Shown here: in pieces, positions 1 to 9,390 of the stretch
Layout of the letters: each line of letters opens with the position of its first letter
Position numbering within the stretch: position 1 is the first letter of the stretch
Assembly (NCBI GenBank): GCA_044376115.1
Contig: JBILLK010000022.1
Coordinates: 96,001-160,000, forward strand
Direction of reading: 5' to 3'
Length of the DNA stretch: 64,000 nucleotides
Source: Polyangiaceae bacterium
Lineage (GTDB): Bacteria > Myxococcota_A > Polyangia > Polyangiales > Polyangiaceae
Notes under the pieces: model-generated
The model's input: only the letters and a program-made list of their open reading frames with translations
Database searches by the model: none
Told to the model about the DNA's origin: nothing
Program-made: the position numbers and the translations under genes

Positions 1-331
1 CCTGGTGCTCGCCGTCGAGCCGCACACAGCCAATACGCATGAGATCAAGAACCTGATCAAGAAGCGTGCGGCGGCGCTGAACCAGCTGCGCGAACATCTT
101 CGGGACGGAGCGAGGGTCACGAAATGGCTTTGGGTGGCATCGGGTAAGGTCGACTTCGCCGCAACTGAGAAGGCGCGACTCAGGCTCGATCAGGCCGGTA
201 TCGAGTTCGTGGGTACCAGGGTGATGGCCAAGCATCTACCGACTACGACCACGACCGCCAGCGGCTCGGGCACGGCGAACGCGGGCACAGGACCATCCAA
301 GAAGAAGACGGCCAAAGCACGCAAGAAGTAG
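1..331 (+). CDS. Hypothetical protein, 3' part (5' end outside window), Lys-rich tail
   Basis: Frame 2 is open from the window start to TAG at 329-331; AVEPH..KK..L segment; no family assigned. Confidence 0.6.
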   Translation, partial: LVLAVEPHTANTHEIKNLIKKRAAALNQLREHLRDGARVTKWLWVASGKVDFAATEKARLRLDQAGIEFVGTRVMAKHLPTTTTTASGSGTANAGTGPSKKKTAKARKK

Positions 332-405
332 CGCGCGATGCCCCGCCAGTTCGCCCTTAGACCCTCGAGAAACGTCTTGATGTCGGGTCCGTCAAGAGCA
401 TCGCG

Positions 406-1632
406 CTACTCCCCATTCGCCATCGCGATAAACACGGGCTCAACGAGGATCCTCGTCCCCAGCTCTCTTGCGCGCTCGAGTTGCTTGGAGTCCGAGAGTG
501 GATCGGCGGTCACGACGACCTCGACCTGCTTGGACATGCGCGGCCGGACCTCGAAGCCCGCCTTGGTTGCGAGCCCTTCAAGATAGGCGCGCTCCGCCTT
601 AACCTCGGCGAAGTGCACGCGCGTGCCGGGTGCCAGCGGACGGAGACGCGCGATCGCGACGGTGGACGCTGACTGCGTCGCAGCCAAGAGCGCGGGCCCC
701 ACCGCTGTTGGCGGAAACCCGAGCAGCGCCGCCACCGTCTCGAGATCGGCGCGCTCCTCCGCTGTCACGACTCCATCGGCGACGGCCGCGCAAGCGAGGT
801 CGCGCAGATAGCCGAAGTGGATGCGCGGAAGTTGCTCTGCGCCGATTCCAAGCTCCGCGGCCACCTCGGCGAGCGTCTCACTCTCGGCTCGGGTGAGCGT
901 GCGGTCTTGCAGCGCCTGGTCCAACGCAAGCAGGTAGCCCTCCGCGTCGAGCCCGTTCGCGCCCGTCGCTGGCAGGCGATTGACGCGCTCCGCAGAAGCC
1001 GAGCGCAGCTGCGCCCGACGCTCCGACGCAACGGATCGAGGGACGAGCGGCGCGTGGCCCACGAGCTGCGGCCAGGGCACGCGTGTCGCCGCCTGGAGAT
1101 GATCCTGAAAGGGCATGATGCCGTTGGCGCTGATGGTATTACCGAGCGCACTAAGCAGTAGCGACGTAGCGCGCGCGTGGGCGAGCGCGTCGTAGTGCGT
1201 AGTGAAGGGCACTAAGGCGCGACCGCAGCAGTCGCGGAGCGTCCGACCGAAGAGAGGTTGGAGCCACGTGACGGATTGCTCGAGCGTGCAGACGCCGACC
1301 ATCTCGAAGGGCGATACGCCCAGGCGCGAGAGCTCATGGGTGAGGAACTTGAAGTCGAACTTGAGGCTGTGGCCCACGAGCACCGCGCCACGCAAGTAAT
1401 CAACGACCGTGCCGGCGATGTCGCGGAACCGCGGTGCGAGCAGGACATCCGCGCTCGTGATGCCGTGGAGCTCGCTTGCGCCCATCGGCCGCTCCGGGTT
1501 GATCAGCGTCGAGAACTCCGCGACGGCCCGACCCCAGATGTCCGTGCGGATGATCGCGAGCTCGACGATGCGGTCAGAGCGCGGGCCCAGGCCGGTGGTC
1601 TGCAGGTCGATGATGGCGAAGCCGGGCTGCAT
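406..1632 (-). CDS. DnaQ/DEDDh 3'-5' exonuclease-like domain + TerB-like helical domain + C-terminal BRCT; catalytic motifs degenerate
   Basis: IIDLQTTGL..DRIVELA, TLINPERP..LHGITSADV, VGHSLKFD; AVADGVVTAEERADL (TerB-like); VVTADPLSDSKQLERARELG (BRCT-like). Confidence 0.8.
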   Translation of the reverse strand: MQPGFAIIDLQTTGLGPRSDRIVELAIIRTDIWGRAVAEFSTLINPERPMGASELHGITSADVLLAPRFRDIAGTVVDYLRGAVLVGHSLKFDFKFLTHELSRLGVSPFEMVGVCTLEQSVTWLQPLFGRTLRDCCGRALVPFTTHYDALAHARATSLLLSALGNTISANGIMPFQDHLQAATRVPWPQLVGHAPLVPRSVASERRAQLRSASAERVNRLPATGANGLDAEGYLLALDQALQDRTLTRAESETLAEVAAELGIGAEQLPRIHFGYLRDLACAAVADGVVTAEERADLETVAALLGFPPTAVGPALLAATQSASTVAIARLRPLAPGTRVHFAEVKAERAYLEGLATKAGFEVRPRMSKQVEVVVTADPLSDSKQLERARELGTRILVEPVFIAMANGE

Positions 1633-1692
1633 AGCTAAGCCGACAATATCAGCGGCCAGTTCCTCGCCCCAATTGCGTAGCGCGGAGCACGC

Positions 1693-2403
1693 TCACTTCA
1701 GTGCTGGCGCGACCAGCGCTCCTGCCGGCTGAGTCCACTTCCGGAGGTGGGCCGCGAACAGCAGACTTACCGGGTCGCTGCTGCGGCCGACATGCTCGGC
1801 GAACGTCTCGAAGTCGATACACGTGTCGCCGGGAGTGGCGACGGGCTGCACGTAGACGATCTCGACCTTGGCCGACGTCGGCATCACCGCCAGCGCCCTG
1901 AGTTTCGCAGCCAACCCGCTCCTGGGGGTCGGGTACAGGAACGTCTCAATGTCGCTCGGCATCGTGAGGAAGCCTAGCTTCGCGAGGGCCGCGAGGAGGT
2001 GGTGGTACTTCTGATGGGCCTGCGTGCTTCGGGCGATCGAGCAGAGTCCTTCGAGAACGGGGCCGAAGCCCAGAGCCTGGATCCGCTCGAGGTAGTGGTC
2101 CTGCTGATCACGCCGCGACCCCGAATCTGTTTTCAGCTCGACGAAGTAGACGGTGCTCCGGTCCGTGGAGAACAGGGCATAGTCCACCTTCACGCTCTTG
2201 TCGGTGGGATGGTCAGGCCAGATCAGATCCCGCTTGATCGGGAACTCCGGGATCACCGCGTCTTCAAGCTCCACATCGAGGACCTCCTGGACGACGTCCC
2301 TGAGATAGAGGGAGAAGCAGATGTCTGCTCGGCGTTCGAGCTGATAGTTGGGGTAGTGGCGCCACCTGTCGAGGTTGGCGAAGAGCTGGTCTAACTTGTT
2401 CAC
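1693..2403 (-). CDS. PD-(D/E)XK nuclease-fold hypothetical protein (~236 aa)
   Basis: GTG at 2403 (MNKLDQLF); EFP..., KVDYALF and YFVELKTD form a D...E-x-K motif. Confidence 0.65.
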   Translation of the reverse strand: MNKLDQLFANLDRWRHYPNYQLERRADICFSLYLRDVVQEVLDVELEDAVIPEFPIKRDLIWPDHPTDKSVKVDYALFSTDRSTVYFVELKTDSGSRRDQQDHYLERIQALGFGPVLEGLCSIARSTQAHQKYHHLLAALAKLGFLTMPSDIETFLYPTPRSGLAAKLRALAVMPTSAKVEIVYVQPVATPGDTCIDFETFAEHVGRSSDPVSLLFAAHLRKWTQPAGALVAPALK

Positions 2404-2492
2404 CGGCACGATCGAAGCGCGACAGCAGCTTCTCGTCCACGCCAGCAGACCGCTCGCCGAGCGCAGCGACCCAGCAAGCCCGCCCTCTCGCC

Positions 2493-5288
2493 TCACATGC
2501 GCACGTTCCGCACGATCTCCCCGCTCTCGGGGTCGATGGCGAAGATGCGTCCGCGGGCGTCGGTGAGGACCAGCGTCTCTCCGACGAGGCGCAGGCGGGC
2601 TTGCTCGGTGTCCTCGAGCACGAGCTCGCCCACACTCGTAAGGTCCTTGCGACGGAGCACCTTGACCGTGAACGCGCCTGCGGCGGGGACCCCGAGACCG
2701 AGCGCGAGGAAGCGCTGGCCGAGGACGTGGCCTGGCGCGTCGAGCCGCAACCCCGCGAGGTCGAGCTTGGTTTGGCGCCAAAGCTCGTTCTTGCCGCGTG
2801 AAGCGATGTGGACGCTCGCCTCTGAGTGGACGCTCGCGTCCAACTCTTTCTCGATCAGCCCGATGTACACGCCGTCGGTCGAGATCAGCCAACGCTGGTG
2901 GAGAGCTTCCTCGAGGCTGAGCTGCCAGCGACCACGAAGCGTCAACCCTGGCAGCTCGTAGCTGCAAGCCCAATACGTTCCGTCAACGACGCTCACTACA
3001 TCGACGTGGTCGGCTGTTCGGACGACGTCGATCGACGTAGCACCGAGCCCGGTGACCCGATCGAGCAGGGACAGCTGAGTGTCGCACACGTCGATCACGA
3101 CGAGATCCGATTGCCCGTTCGCTGTCGAGACCGTGGCGAGCCAGGTCGAGCCATCGAAGGTCCGCGCGAACCGCTCGAGCTCGACCTCACAGAACGCCTC
3201 GGAGCGGCGCGACACGAGGTCGATGCGACCGACCTTGGACACGCCACCCCGAGGCGTGACCGTGAGCAGCCGATCGAAGCGATCCGAGACCACCAGCGAC
3301 TCAGCAGGCTGGTCGAAAAAGGCCAGCGTCTTGCCGCGAGCGTCGATCAGCGCGACGCCGGCTTCTCCAAGCGCGACCACGCTCCGCCCGCGGTCGAGCG
3401 GCACCGCATCGAAGACGCGCAGCTGACCTCGATCATCCGCGCGGATGACATGCCGATAGTGTCGTCCGAAGGGGAGCGCAGGCCAGCGTGGCCGATCGGC
3501 GCTCAACCCAGCGTCTCGCGAAAGATCGACCAACGCGCTCGCGATGCCCTCGAGGCGCTTGTCGAAGGAGCTCGGCGCGTCGGCGTAAAGCGCGCGCGCC
3601 ATCAGTCGCGCGAGGGGATCTCCGGACGTTGATGGAGCGGCTCTCCGGTGCTCGACCAACGCGCTCGCGAAGGCGAGCCGTCGTCCGCGACCGTCGGGCC
3701 CGTCTTCAAACGCCAAGTTGTGGACCTCGCCGCGCATGACCGCGATCGGAGCAAGCTCGTAGGCGAGCTGCCGGGCGAGCATGCGAGCGCCGCCGATCCC
3801 GCCTTGGGCTCGTGCGCGCTCGACCCAGGAGCTGACCAGCACACGCGCGTCCCTCACCTGCCAGGCGATCTCGACCGCGCCGGCGAAGTCGCCAGCGTCG
3901 GCCAAGTGATCGGCATAGACCAGCCTGAGGGCGTCGGCTTCGAGGGTGTGCCCCGAGCGCTCGAGCCTCGCGATCGCGTCGAGAATGCCACCTCGTCGTC
4001 GCGCGACCCGGAGGGCTCGCGCGCGGTCGTCAGCGCGAAACCACTGGCGGACGATGAGTCCGGGCGCCAGCGCGCGACTCTCGGCGAGCTCCGCCGCTTC
4101 GCGCAGCAGGCCATGGCGCTCGAGGAACGCCACTGCCGCCTCGGCGTCCTGCAGGAGGTCGGCGAGCACGAACGCAGCTTCAGCGATGCGGCCCTCGCGT
4201 TCGAGCCGCTCGAACGCAAGCTTGTAGCGTCGTCGCAGCTCGGCATAGAGGTCGCCACCGAACGAGAACGATGCCCCGCCGGGAGTCAGCCCGCGCGCAG
4301 AGATGGTGAGATCGGCTCGGGGCTGCGGCAAACCAAGCGCAACGCGTCCCTCCCCGGCCCCGCCCTCCTTCGCGAGCGGGATGGCGCGGCGAAGGGCTTC
4401 GTCGAGGTCGCCCGCGTCGAAAGCATCGAGCAGGTTCGCCACGTACTCCGCCTGCTTTTGGAACAGCCACGAGGAAAGACGAGAGAGGGCAACTTGCCGA
4501 CGAACCCAGCGGTCGATGCGATCGGCTATGCGCTGAAAGAGCGACGGCTGGGCGGGTGGCCGCGCGAGCGCGTCCGCCTTTTCAGCGTCGCCCTGGGCGC
4601 CCGCGTGCGGCGTCGCTTTGGGCCGAAAGAGCGACTGCAAGAAGCTGAGCATCGTCGCGAGCGATCTCACGAGGGTGGACGCGAGACGAGAGCGGCCTGC
4701 GCCAGCTGCAGCTCCTTGCGAACCTTCCTCCGACGCATCGCGCGGAGCCGAGAGCCGCTGCATCGCCTCCACAACGGCGCTGGCCTCCGCGGTCGGTCGC
4801 ACGGGCAACTTCGCGCCGAGGATGGCGCCGAGCGGTCGCGCTGGCGGCTCCGCAAGCGCGGGCGGTTGCGGCTCTAAGCCGAGCGGCTCGGTGTAGACGA
4901 GCGGGAGCTCGTCCAGCTCGATCCAGCCCGCGGGGTCGACCTCGCGGAACGGCGGCGCGTGCACCTCGAGCGCGCCATGCCAGGCCAGCACGATCGCGCC
5001 GGGCGGTGGGTCGAGTCGCTCGAGCGTCTTGGGGTCGAGCGCGAGTCCGAGCAGGCACGCGTCGGGCGCGCGCTTGCTCATCGTGAGCGCCAAGCCGATC
5101 GTGCAATCCGCTCGAACGAAGCGAGCTTTCGTAAAGCGCACGAGCAGACCGCGGGGGGTCTCGCTGAGCGACCGCAGGTCAGCGAAGTTGTCGAGGACGA
5201 AGGCGCGTATCACGCTTGCGCCGAGGCGTTCTTCGGAAAGGAGCAGCCCAACACACTCAACGACTCCCTCGTGGAGGAGCGAACTCAC
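2493..5288 (-). CDS. bpX6-domain protein of a MoxR-vWA-beta-propeller ternary system (TPR-like middle, beta-propeller C-terminus)
   Basis: GTG at 5288 overlaps upstream TGA; LHEGVVECVGLLL N-terminus, GDLDEALRRAIPL, EAAFVLADLL..AVAFLERHG, VVALGEAGV propeller blades. Confidence 0.8.
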   Translation of the reverse strand: MSSLLHEGVVECVGLLLSEERLGASVIRAFVLDNFADLRSLSETPRGLLVRFTKARFVRADCTIGLALTMSKRAPDACLLGLALDPKTLERLDPPPGAIVLAWHGALEVHAPPFREVDPAGWIELDELPLVYTEPLGLEPQPPALAEPPARPLGAILGAKLPVRPTAEASAVVEAMQRLSAPRDASEEGSQGAAAGAGRSRLASTLVRSLATMLSFLQSLFRPKATPHAGAQGDAEKADALARPPAQPSLFQRIADRIDRWVRRQVALSRLSSWLFQKQAEYVANLLDAFDAGDLDEALRRAIPLAKEGGAGEGRVALGLPQPRADLTISARGLTPGGASFSFGGDLYAELRRRYKLAFERLEREGRIAEAAFVLADLLQDAEAAVAFLERHGLLREAAELAESRALAPGLIVRQWFRADDRARALRVARRRGGILDAIARLERSGHTLEADALRLVYADHLADAGDFAGAVEIAWQVRDARVLVSSWVERARAQGGIGGARMLARQLAYELAPIAVMRGEVHNLAFEDGPDGRGRRLAFASALVEHRRAAPSTSGDPLARLMARALYADAPSSFDKRLEGIASALVDLSRDAGLSADRPRWPALPFGRHYRHVIRADDRGQLRVFDAVPLDRGRSVVALGEAGVALIDARGKTLAFFDQPAESLVVSDRFDRLLTVTPRGGVSKVGRIDLVSRRSEAFCEVELERFARTFDGSTWLATVSTANGQSDLVVIDVCDTQLSLLDRVTGLGATSIDVVRTADHVDVVSVVDGTYWACSYELPGLTLRGRWQLSLEEALHQRWLISTDGVYIGLIEKELDASVHSEASVHIASRGKNELWRQTKLDLAGLRLDAPGHVLGQRFLALGLGVPAAGAFTVKVLRRKDLTSVGELVLEDTEQARLRLVGETLVLTDARGRIFAIDPESGEIVRNVRM

Positions 5289-7075
5289 GACGCCCCCCTT
5301 GCTTCGAACACCGCGACGAGCTGACCGCGCCCGAGCGAAAAACAATGCAGAGCCTTCGAAGCCGACTCGAGGGTCACGATGCCCTGGCTGTCGGAGAGGG
5401 AGACGTCGCCGATGGGCGAAGGTGGGGTGTAGACCGTACGAATTCCGCGCGGCCCGAGCAGACACAGCGTGCGTCGATCGCCGCTGACGAGGATGAGCTC
5501 GGGCTGGGCATTGTGCACGTGACGCAGTCCGACGAGGTCAGCGTGCTCCGGGAGCTCGGTGGTGTACGGAAGTCCCGATCCGTGGACGTTCCAGTGGCCC
5601 GAAGGCGTCTGGATCGCCGAGAGACAGGCTGGGCCAGCGGGGGTTGCGTCGGAGCCCAGACGCGCGGCAGACAACTCGCCGGTGAGCAACTCCGGCTCGC
5701 GCCATGCGGTGTCTGAGAGCATCATCAGCGCAGGCTGCTCGGGGGCGTTGGGAATCCAGGTTTTCGAGAATGACCTCGCGATCACGGCGAGGCCGTTCGA
5801 TAAAGCCGTTACGGCCAGGACATCCCGCGCGAGCAGGTGCGAGACCCCCTTCCCTGGCAAGAGTTCGAACAGTCGGTCCCGCGAATCCAGGTAGAAGGCC
5901 GTCAGATCCGCGCGAGGCTGCACGAGGTACAGCTTCTTGAGCGGGCTCGCGGCGTCGGGCTTCCAAGGCGCATGGACGCGTTCCTCCTCGGTGAAGTGGC
6001 CGACTCGCTGTCGCTCACCGCCGACACGCTGGAGAAAGAGGCACCGCGTCGGCAAGTCCGCGAGCAAGACCATCGCAGCGCCGCGATGGAGCCCTGCGGC
6101 CAGGATCAACCCGTCGATTCCGTGACGCTTCGCGCGACCGGGTTGAGCGGCGGGTGAGTTCGGGATCGGGAAGGTAGCGAGGCCTCTGTTCCAGCGTGCG
6201 AACGCTTTGCGCCCACAGCTGGACACCACGACCTGATCCATTGCGATGCCGTTGCTGAGATCCACGCGGCGCGCTCGGCGCTCCCCTGCGAACGGATCTC
6301 GAAGCATGCGCGTGACGAGCGTCGCGACAGGCAACGTGAGCGTGACATGCCGCGTGGTTGGCTCGGCTCCGAGGCCGACCTCGAGCGTGTTCTCTCCTTC
6401 ATCGACGATCACGCGCTGGGTTCGTTCCCCGATGCGGGGTCCGTCGGAGGCGATCCGATCGAGCTTTCGACCTCCTACCAGCCAGACCTCGGCTCGCGCG
6501 CTGCCGGCTGCGTCGAGCCTCGCCCGCCACGTCTCCAGCATCTCGCGCGTCGGCTCGGTGAGCGTCCGCGCCGCGAGCAACGAGGGGATCGAGCCTGAGT
6601 CCACGCTCTCGAACAGCGGCCCTGCGCCGGCCTGGAGGATCCCCCAGGCGAAGCGCGCCCGAGCCTTCGAAGCGCGCCGAAGCAGCGTAAGCAACAGCGC
6701 CAGGTGGGCGAGCCGAGGTGCACCAAGTTGCCACGGGCCTGCGTCGAGCAGGACGATCGACTCGCGCGCGGCGTGGGGCGTGCTCTGAGCGAGGCGCAGG
6801 AAGGAGTGCTCCGCGTTCGAGGCGCGTCGAAGGAACTCCTCGGGCAGTGCGTCGGCGAGGAGCCACTCGGAGAGCAGCAGCCGCTCGTATGAGCCGCGAT
6901 GCGTGATGCCGTCGAAGCCGTCGGGTGTTCCCCGTGCGAAGCTCGTCGAGCTGCTCATGGGCCCGATCATGGCCTCGAGGCGCACCACCCATTCTTGCAA
7001 CGCGAGCGCGATCTCCTCAGGAAACACCGCGAGTTCGGAGGCCCACCCGGCGATCGGAGTCGCGGCCGCAGTCAC
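5285..7075 (-). CDS. vWA-like component of the bpX ternary system
   Basis: PDGFDGITHRGSYERLLLSEWLLA..PEEFLRRA motif; VLLDAGPWQLGAPRLAHLA degenerate MIDAS strand; GTGA overlaps at both ends. Confidence 0.75.
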   Translation of the reverse strand: MTAAATPIAGWASELAVFPEEIALALQEWVVRLEAMIGPMSSSTSFARGTPDGFDGITHRGSYERLLLSEWLLADALPEEFLRRASNAEHSFLRLAQSTPHAARESIVLLDAGPWQLGAPRLAHLALLLTLLRRASKARARFAWGILQAGAGPLFESVDSGSIPSLLAARTLTEPTREMLETWRARLDAAGSARAEVWLVGGRKLDRIASDGPRIGERTQRVIVDEGENTLEVGLGAEPTTRHVTLTLPVATLVTRMLRDPFAGERRARRVDLSNGIAMDQVVVSSCGRKAFARWNRGLATFPIPNSPAAQPGRAKRHGIDGLILAAGLHRGAAMVLLADLPTRCLFLQRVGGERQRVGHFTEEERVHAPWKPDAASPLKKLYLVQPRADLTAFYLDSRDRLFELLPGKGVSHLLARDVLAVTALSNGLAVIARSFSKTWIPNAPEQPALMMLSDTAWREPELLTGELSAARLGSDATPAGPACLSAIQTPSGHWNVHGSGLPYTTELPEHADLVGLRHVHNAQPELILVSGDRRTLCLLGPRGIRTVYTPPSPIGDVSLSDSQGIVTLESASKALHCFSLGRGQLVAVFEARGAS

Positions 7076-7476
7076 CTTCGCCAGGCCTCGAGCAGCGTGC
7101 GGTCGAGCGGGCGGGCGTGCGCAACCGGGACCAGCAGGTCTTCCCGCGTGAGCACGGCCACGAGCGGCTCCGACGTTCGGCGGCGCACCGCGCGTTCAAA
7201 CAGGGCGATCGGCCATGGAGGCGCCTCGGTGGTGGGGAGGAGCAACGAAGGAGCACCGAGCTCAGTCCCGAGGAAGACCGCCTCGGGCACCCACGGGAGC
7301 ACCTCCTCGGGACCGAGGATGATCACGACATCGCGACCGCCGATGGGCTCCGCGACGCCACGCAGCTTGGAGAGATCGCGCTTCAGCAGCGCCGCAACCA
7401 GGGCCTTCGCCGCGTCGCCGCGGGCCGCGACGGCCGTCGGCAGCAGCGGTGTTTCGCGCGGCGTCCAAGCGATCAT
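7072..7476 (-). CDS. bpX5-domain protein
   Basis: MIAWTPRETPL..AVAARG, LPWVPEAVFLG, LLLPT..P..LFERA; ATG at 7476 overlaps the MoxR stop (ATGA). Confidence 0.75.
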   Translation of the reverse strand: MIAWTPRETPLLPTAVAARGDAAKALVAALLKRDLSKLRGVAEPIGGRDVVIILGPEEVLPWVPEAVFLGTELGAPSLLLPTTEAPPWPIALFERAVRRRTSEPLVAVLTREDLLVPVAHARPLDRTLLEAWRR

Positions 7477-8675
7477 GAAGGCTTGAGTAGGTCGGTGATG
7501 CGGGCTTTGATCGAGGCGAGCTCCTCGGGGAGCTTGGAAGGATGAAAACCGGCGTCGATCGAGCGCGCGATGCCTTCGAGCCGGAGCTTCCAATCCTCGA
7601 GCTCGGCCTCTCCGCCGTCCGCTGGCCGGGCGTCGAACAGTGCTTCGGCTGTCTTCGCGATCTCACGCGCACGTGCGACCGGTCCGAGGGAGGTCTCGAG
7701 GGTGGCGCGAGCGAGCGCTTCATTCTCGGAAGACGCGAGCAGGTCCTTCAAGACCTCGCGCGCCAGACCTTGCGCATCTCGCGTGGGGACCGCGGCCACC
7801 AGCGGCCAGAGGTCGGCGTTGGTGGGGCTTGCGCGCCCACCCAGCGCGGCTGCGGCTGCGATCAGCGACTGCGTCTTCACGATTCGCCGGTCTGAAAGAT
7901 TGATCCCCGCGCGGCGTAGCAGGCGCACGGCTTGTGCGATCAGCGGTGTTACGCCCGAGAGGTCCATCGCGCGTGCGGCGCGGGCGAGTGCGTCGAGATC
8001 GGCGAGGCTGGCAGCGGCTTGCGCTGACTCGGTCGCGGGCGCGGATGGCGCAGCAGACGCGAGCGCCCAGCCTCCTTCAAGCAGGTCTTCCAAGCGAGGA
8101 TCCGCCATCGGGTCGACGAAGACGCGCACGAGGAATCGATCCGCGAACGCGGCCAAGTGTTCATCGTCTGGAATCGTGTTGGTCGCTCCGACGCACACCC
8201 GCAGCGGACAACGAATGCTGGTGTGTCCACGGCGAAAGATCCGCTCGTTGAGGACGCCCAGGAGCGTGTTCAAGATCGCGGTCGAGCCGAGGAAGACTTC
8301 GTCGAGAAACGCGATGTCGGCCTCGGGCAACATGCCGCGCGTCTCTGTCTCGACCGAGCCTTCGCGCAGCTTTCGAAGATCCACAGGGCCGAAGATCTCG
8401 CTCGGCTCGGTGAAGCGGCCGAGCAAGTACTCGAAGGTCGTGCCGCCGAACGCGCGCGCGATGCGCCTTACGGCCTCGCTCTTCGCAGTGCCTGGGGGGC
8501 CGACGATCAACACGTGCTCCTGTGCGACGGCGGCAAGGGCCACCAGCTCGAGCAACGACTGCCGCTCAACCAGGCCGCGACCAGCGGCGGAGATCGCGGT
8601 GCGCACCCGCTCCGCCGAGACCTTCGAATCCGTCATCGCCGCGAGTCTAGCCTGCGTATCGGTGTCGGGCGACAT
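7473..8675 (-). CDS. MoxR/RavA-type AAA+ ATPase
   Basis: Walker A GPPGTAKS, Walker B IAFLDEVF, YLLGRFTEPSEIFGP, AILNTLL, FADRF; start could be 8636. Confidence 0.92.
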   Translation of the reverse strand: MSPDTDTQARLAAMTDSKVSAERVRTAISAAGRGLVERQSLLELVALAAVAQEHVLIVGPPGTAKSEAVRRIARAFGGTTFEYLLGRFTEPSEIFGPVDLRKLREGSVETETRGMLPEADIAFLDEVFLGSTAILNTLLGVLNERIFRRGHTSIRCPLRVCVGATNTIPDDEHLAAFADRFLVRVFVDPMADPRLEDLLEGGWALASAAPSAPATESAQAAASLADLDALARAARAMDLSGVTPLIAQAVRLLRRAGINLSDRRIVKTQSLIAAAAALGGRASPTNADLWPLVAAVPTRDAQGLAREVLKDLLASSENEALARATLETSLGPVARAREIAKTAEALFDARPADGGEAELEDWKLRLEGIARSIDAGFHPSKLPEELASIKARITDLLKPS

Positions 8676-8776
8676 CGCGAGCTTCGGGGTGCTTGGTGAC
8701 GCGGCTGCGATGCAGCACCATTGCGTCGCCCCGCGCAGCTTGCGCCCCCACCCAGCGACGCCCTACCATGCGCCGC

Positions 8777-9364
8777 ATGAAGTACGCATTCGTTCTTATC
8801 GCCCTGCTCGGCTGCGGCGCCGATAGCAGCAACGTGACCGCGCCCACCGCGGAGCCCGACGCGAACCGGCAAGTACCGAGTGAGACCGCGACCGCGACCG
8901 CGCCCACGGCGGTGGTCAGCGCAACGGCGCAACCCTCTGCGAGCGCATCCGCGACGGCAACCGCAACCGCGACCGCGACGGCTGTCGCCAGCGTGGCACC
9001 TACCGCGACGGCCTCCGCTGCCCCCGCCGGTCCCGCGCCGCTCGAAGGCGCGAACGTCAACATCGGTTCCTTCGGCGCCGACGGCCTCTCACTGAAGGAC
9101 ATCTCGTGCAAAGCCGAGGGCGGCGGCCTGGGCGGACTCTTGGGCTCGATGACGATCGCGGCCGGCCTCTCCAAGCGCAAGGCCGCGCTCGACAAGTGCG
9201 GCAAGGCCGAGACCCGCGTGCACATTTGGCAGAAGGGCGGCAAGGTCACCAAGGCCGAGGTCGTCGGTGAGTCGAAGATCGGGCCGTGCATTCAGAAGGC
9301 TCTCGTGGGCGCGCCGGCGACCGTCGATTCGGAGTGCTTGTTGACGGTTGTGCACGGCAAGTAG
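8777..9364 (+). CDS. Lipoprotein with Ala/Thr linker and small disulfide C-terminal domain (possibly AgmX/PglI-C-like)
   Basis: Lipobox LLGC; ATATAT linker; ALDKC...GPCIQKAL. Confidence 0.65.
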   Translation: MKYAFVLIALLGCGADSSNVTAPTAEPDANRQVPSETATATAPTAVVSATAQPSASASATATATATATAVASVAPTATASAAPAGPAPLEGANVNIGSFGADGLSLKDISCKAEGGGLGGLLGSMTIAAGLSKRKAALDKCGKAETRVHIWQKGGKVTKAEVVGESKIGPCIQKALVGAPATVDSECLLTVVHGK

Positions 9365-9390
9365 CTGGCCCCGCGGCAACTCGGAGGAGC

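Noticed and set aside
2404..2973. N-terminal extension of ORF 1693..2973
   Set aside because: Overlaps bpX6 in another frame and is Arg/Pro-rich; a plausible start is the GTG at 2403
2826..8826. Long plus-strand ORFs (2826..3632, 3648..4877, 7570..8826)
   Set aside because: Antisense shadows of the bpX genes, expected in high-GC DNA; no motifs
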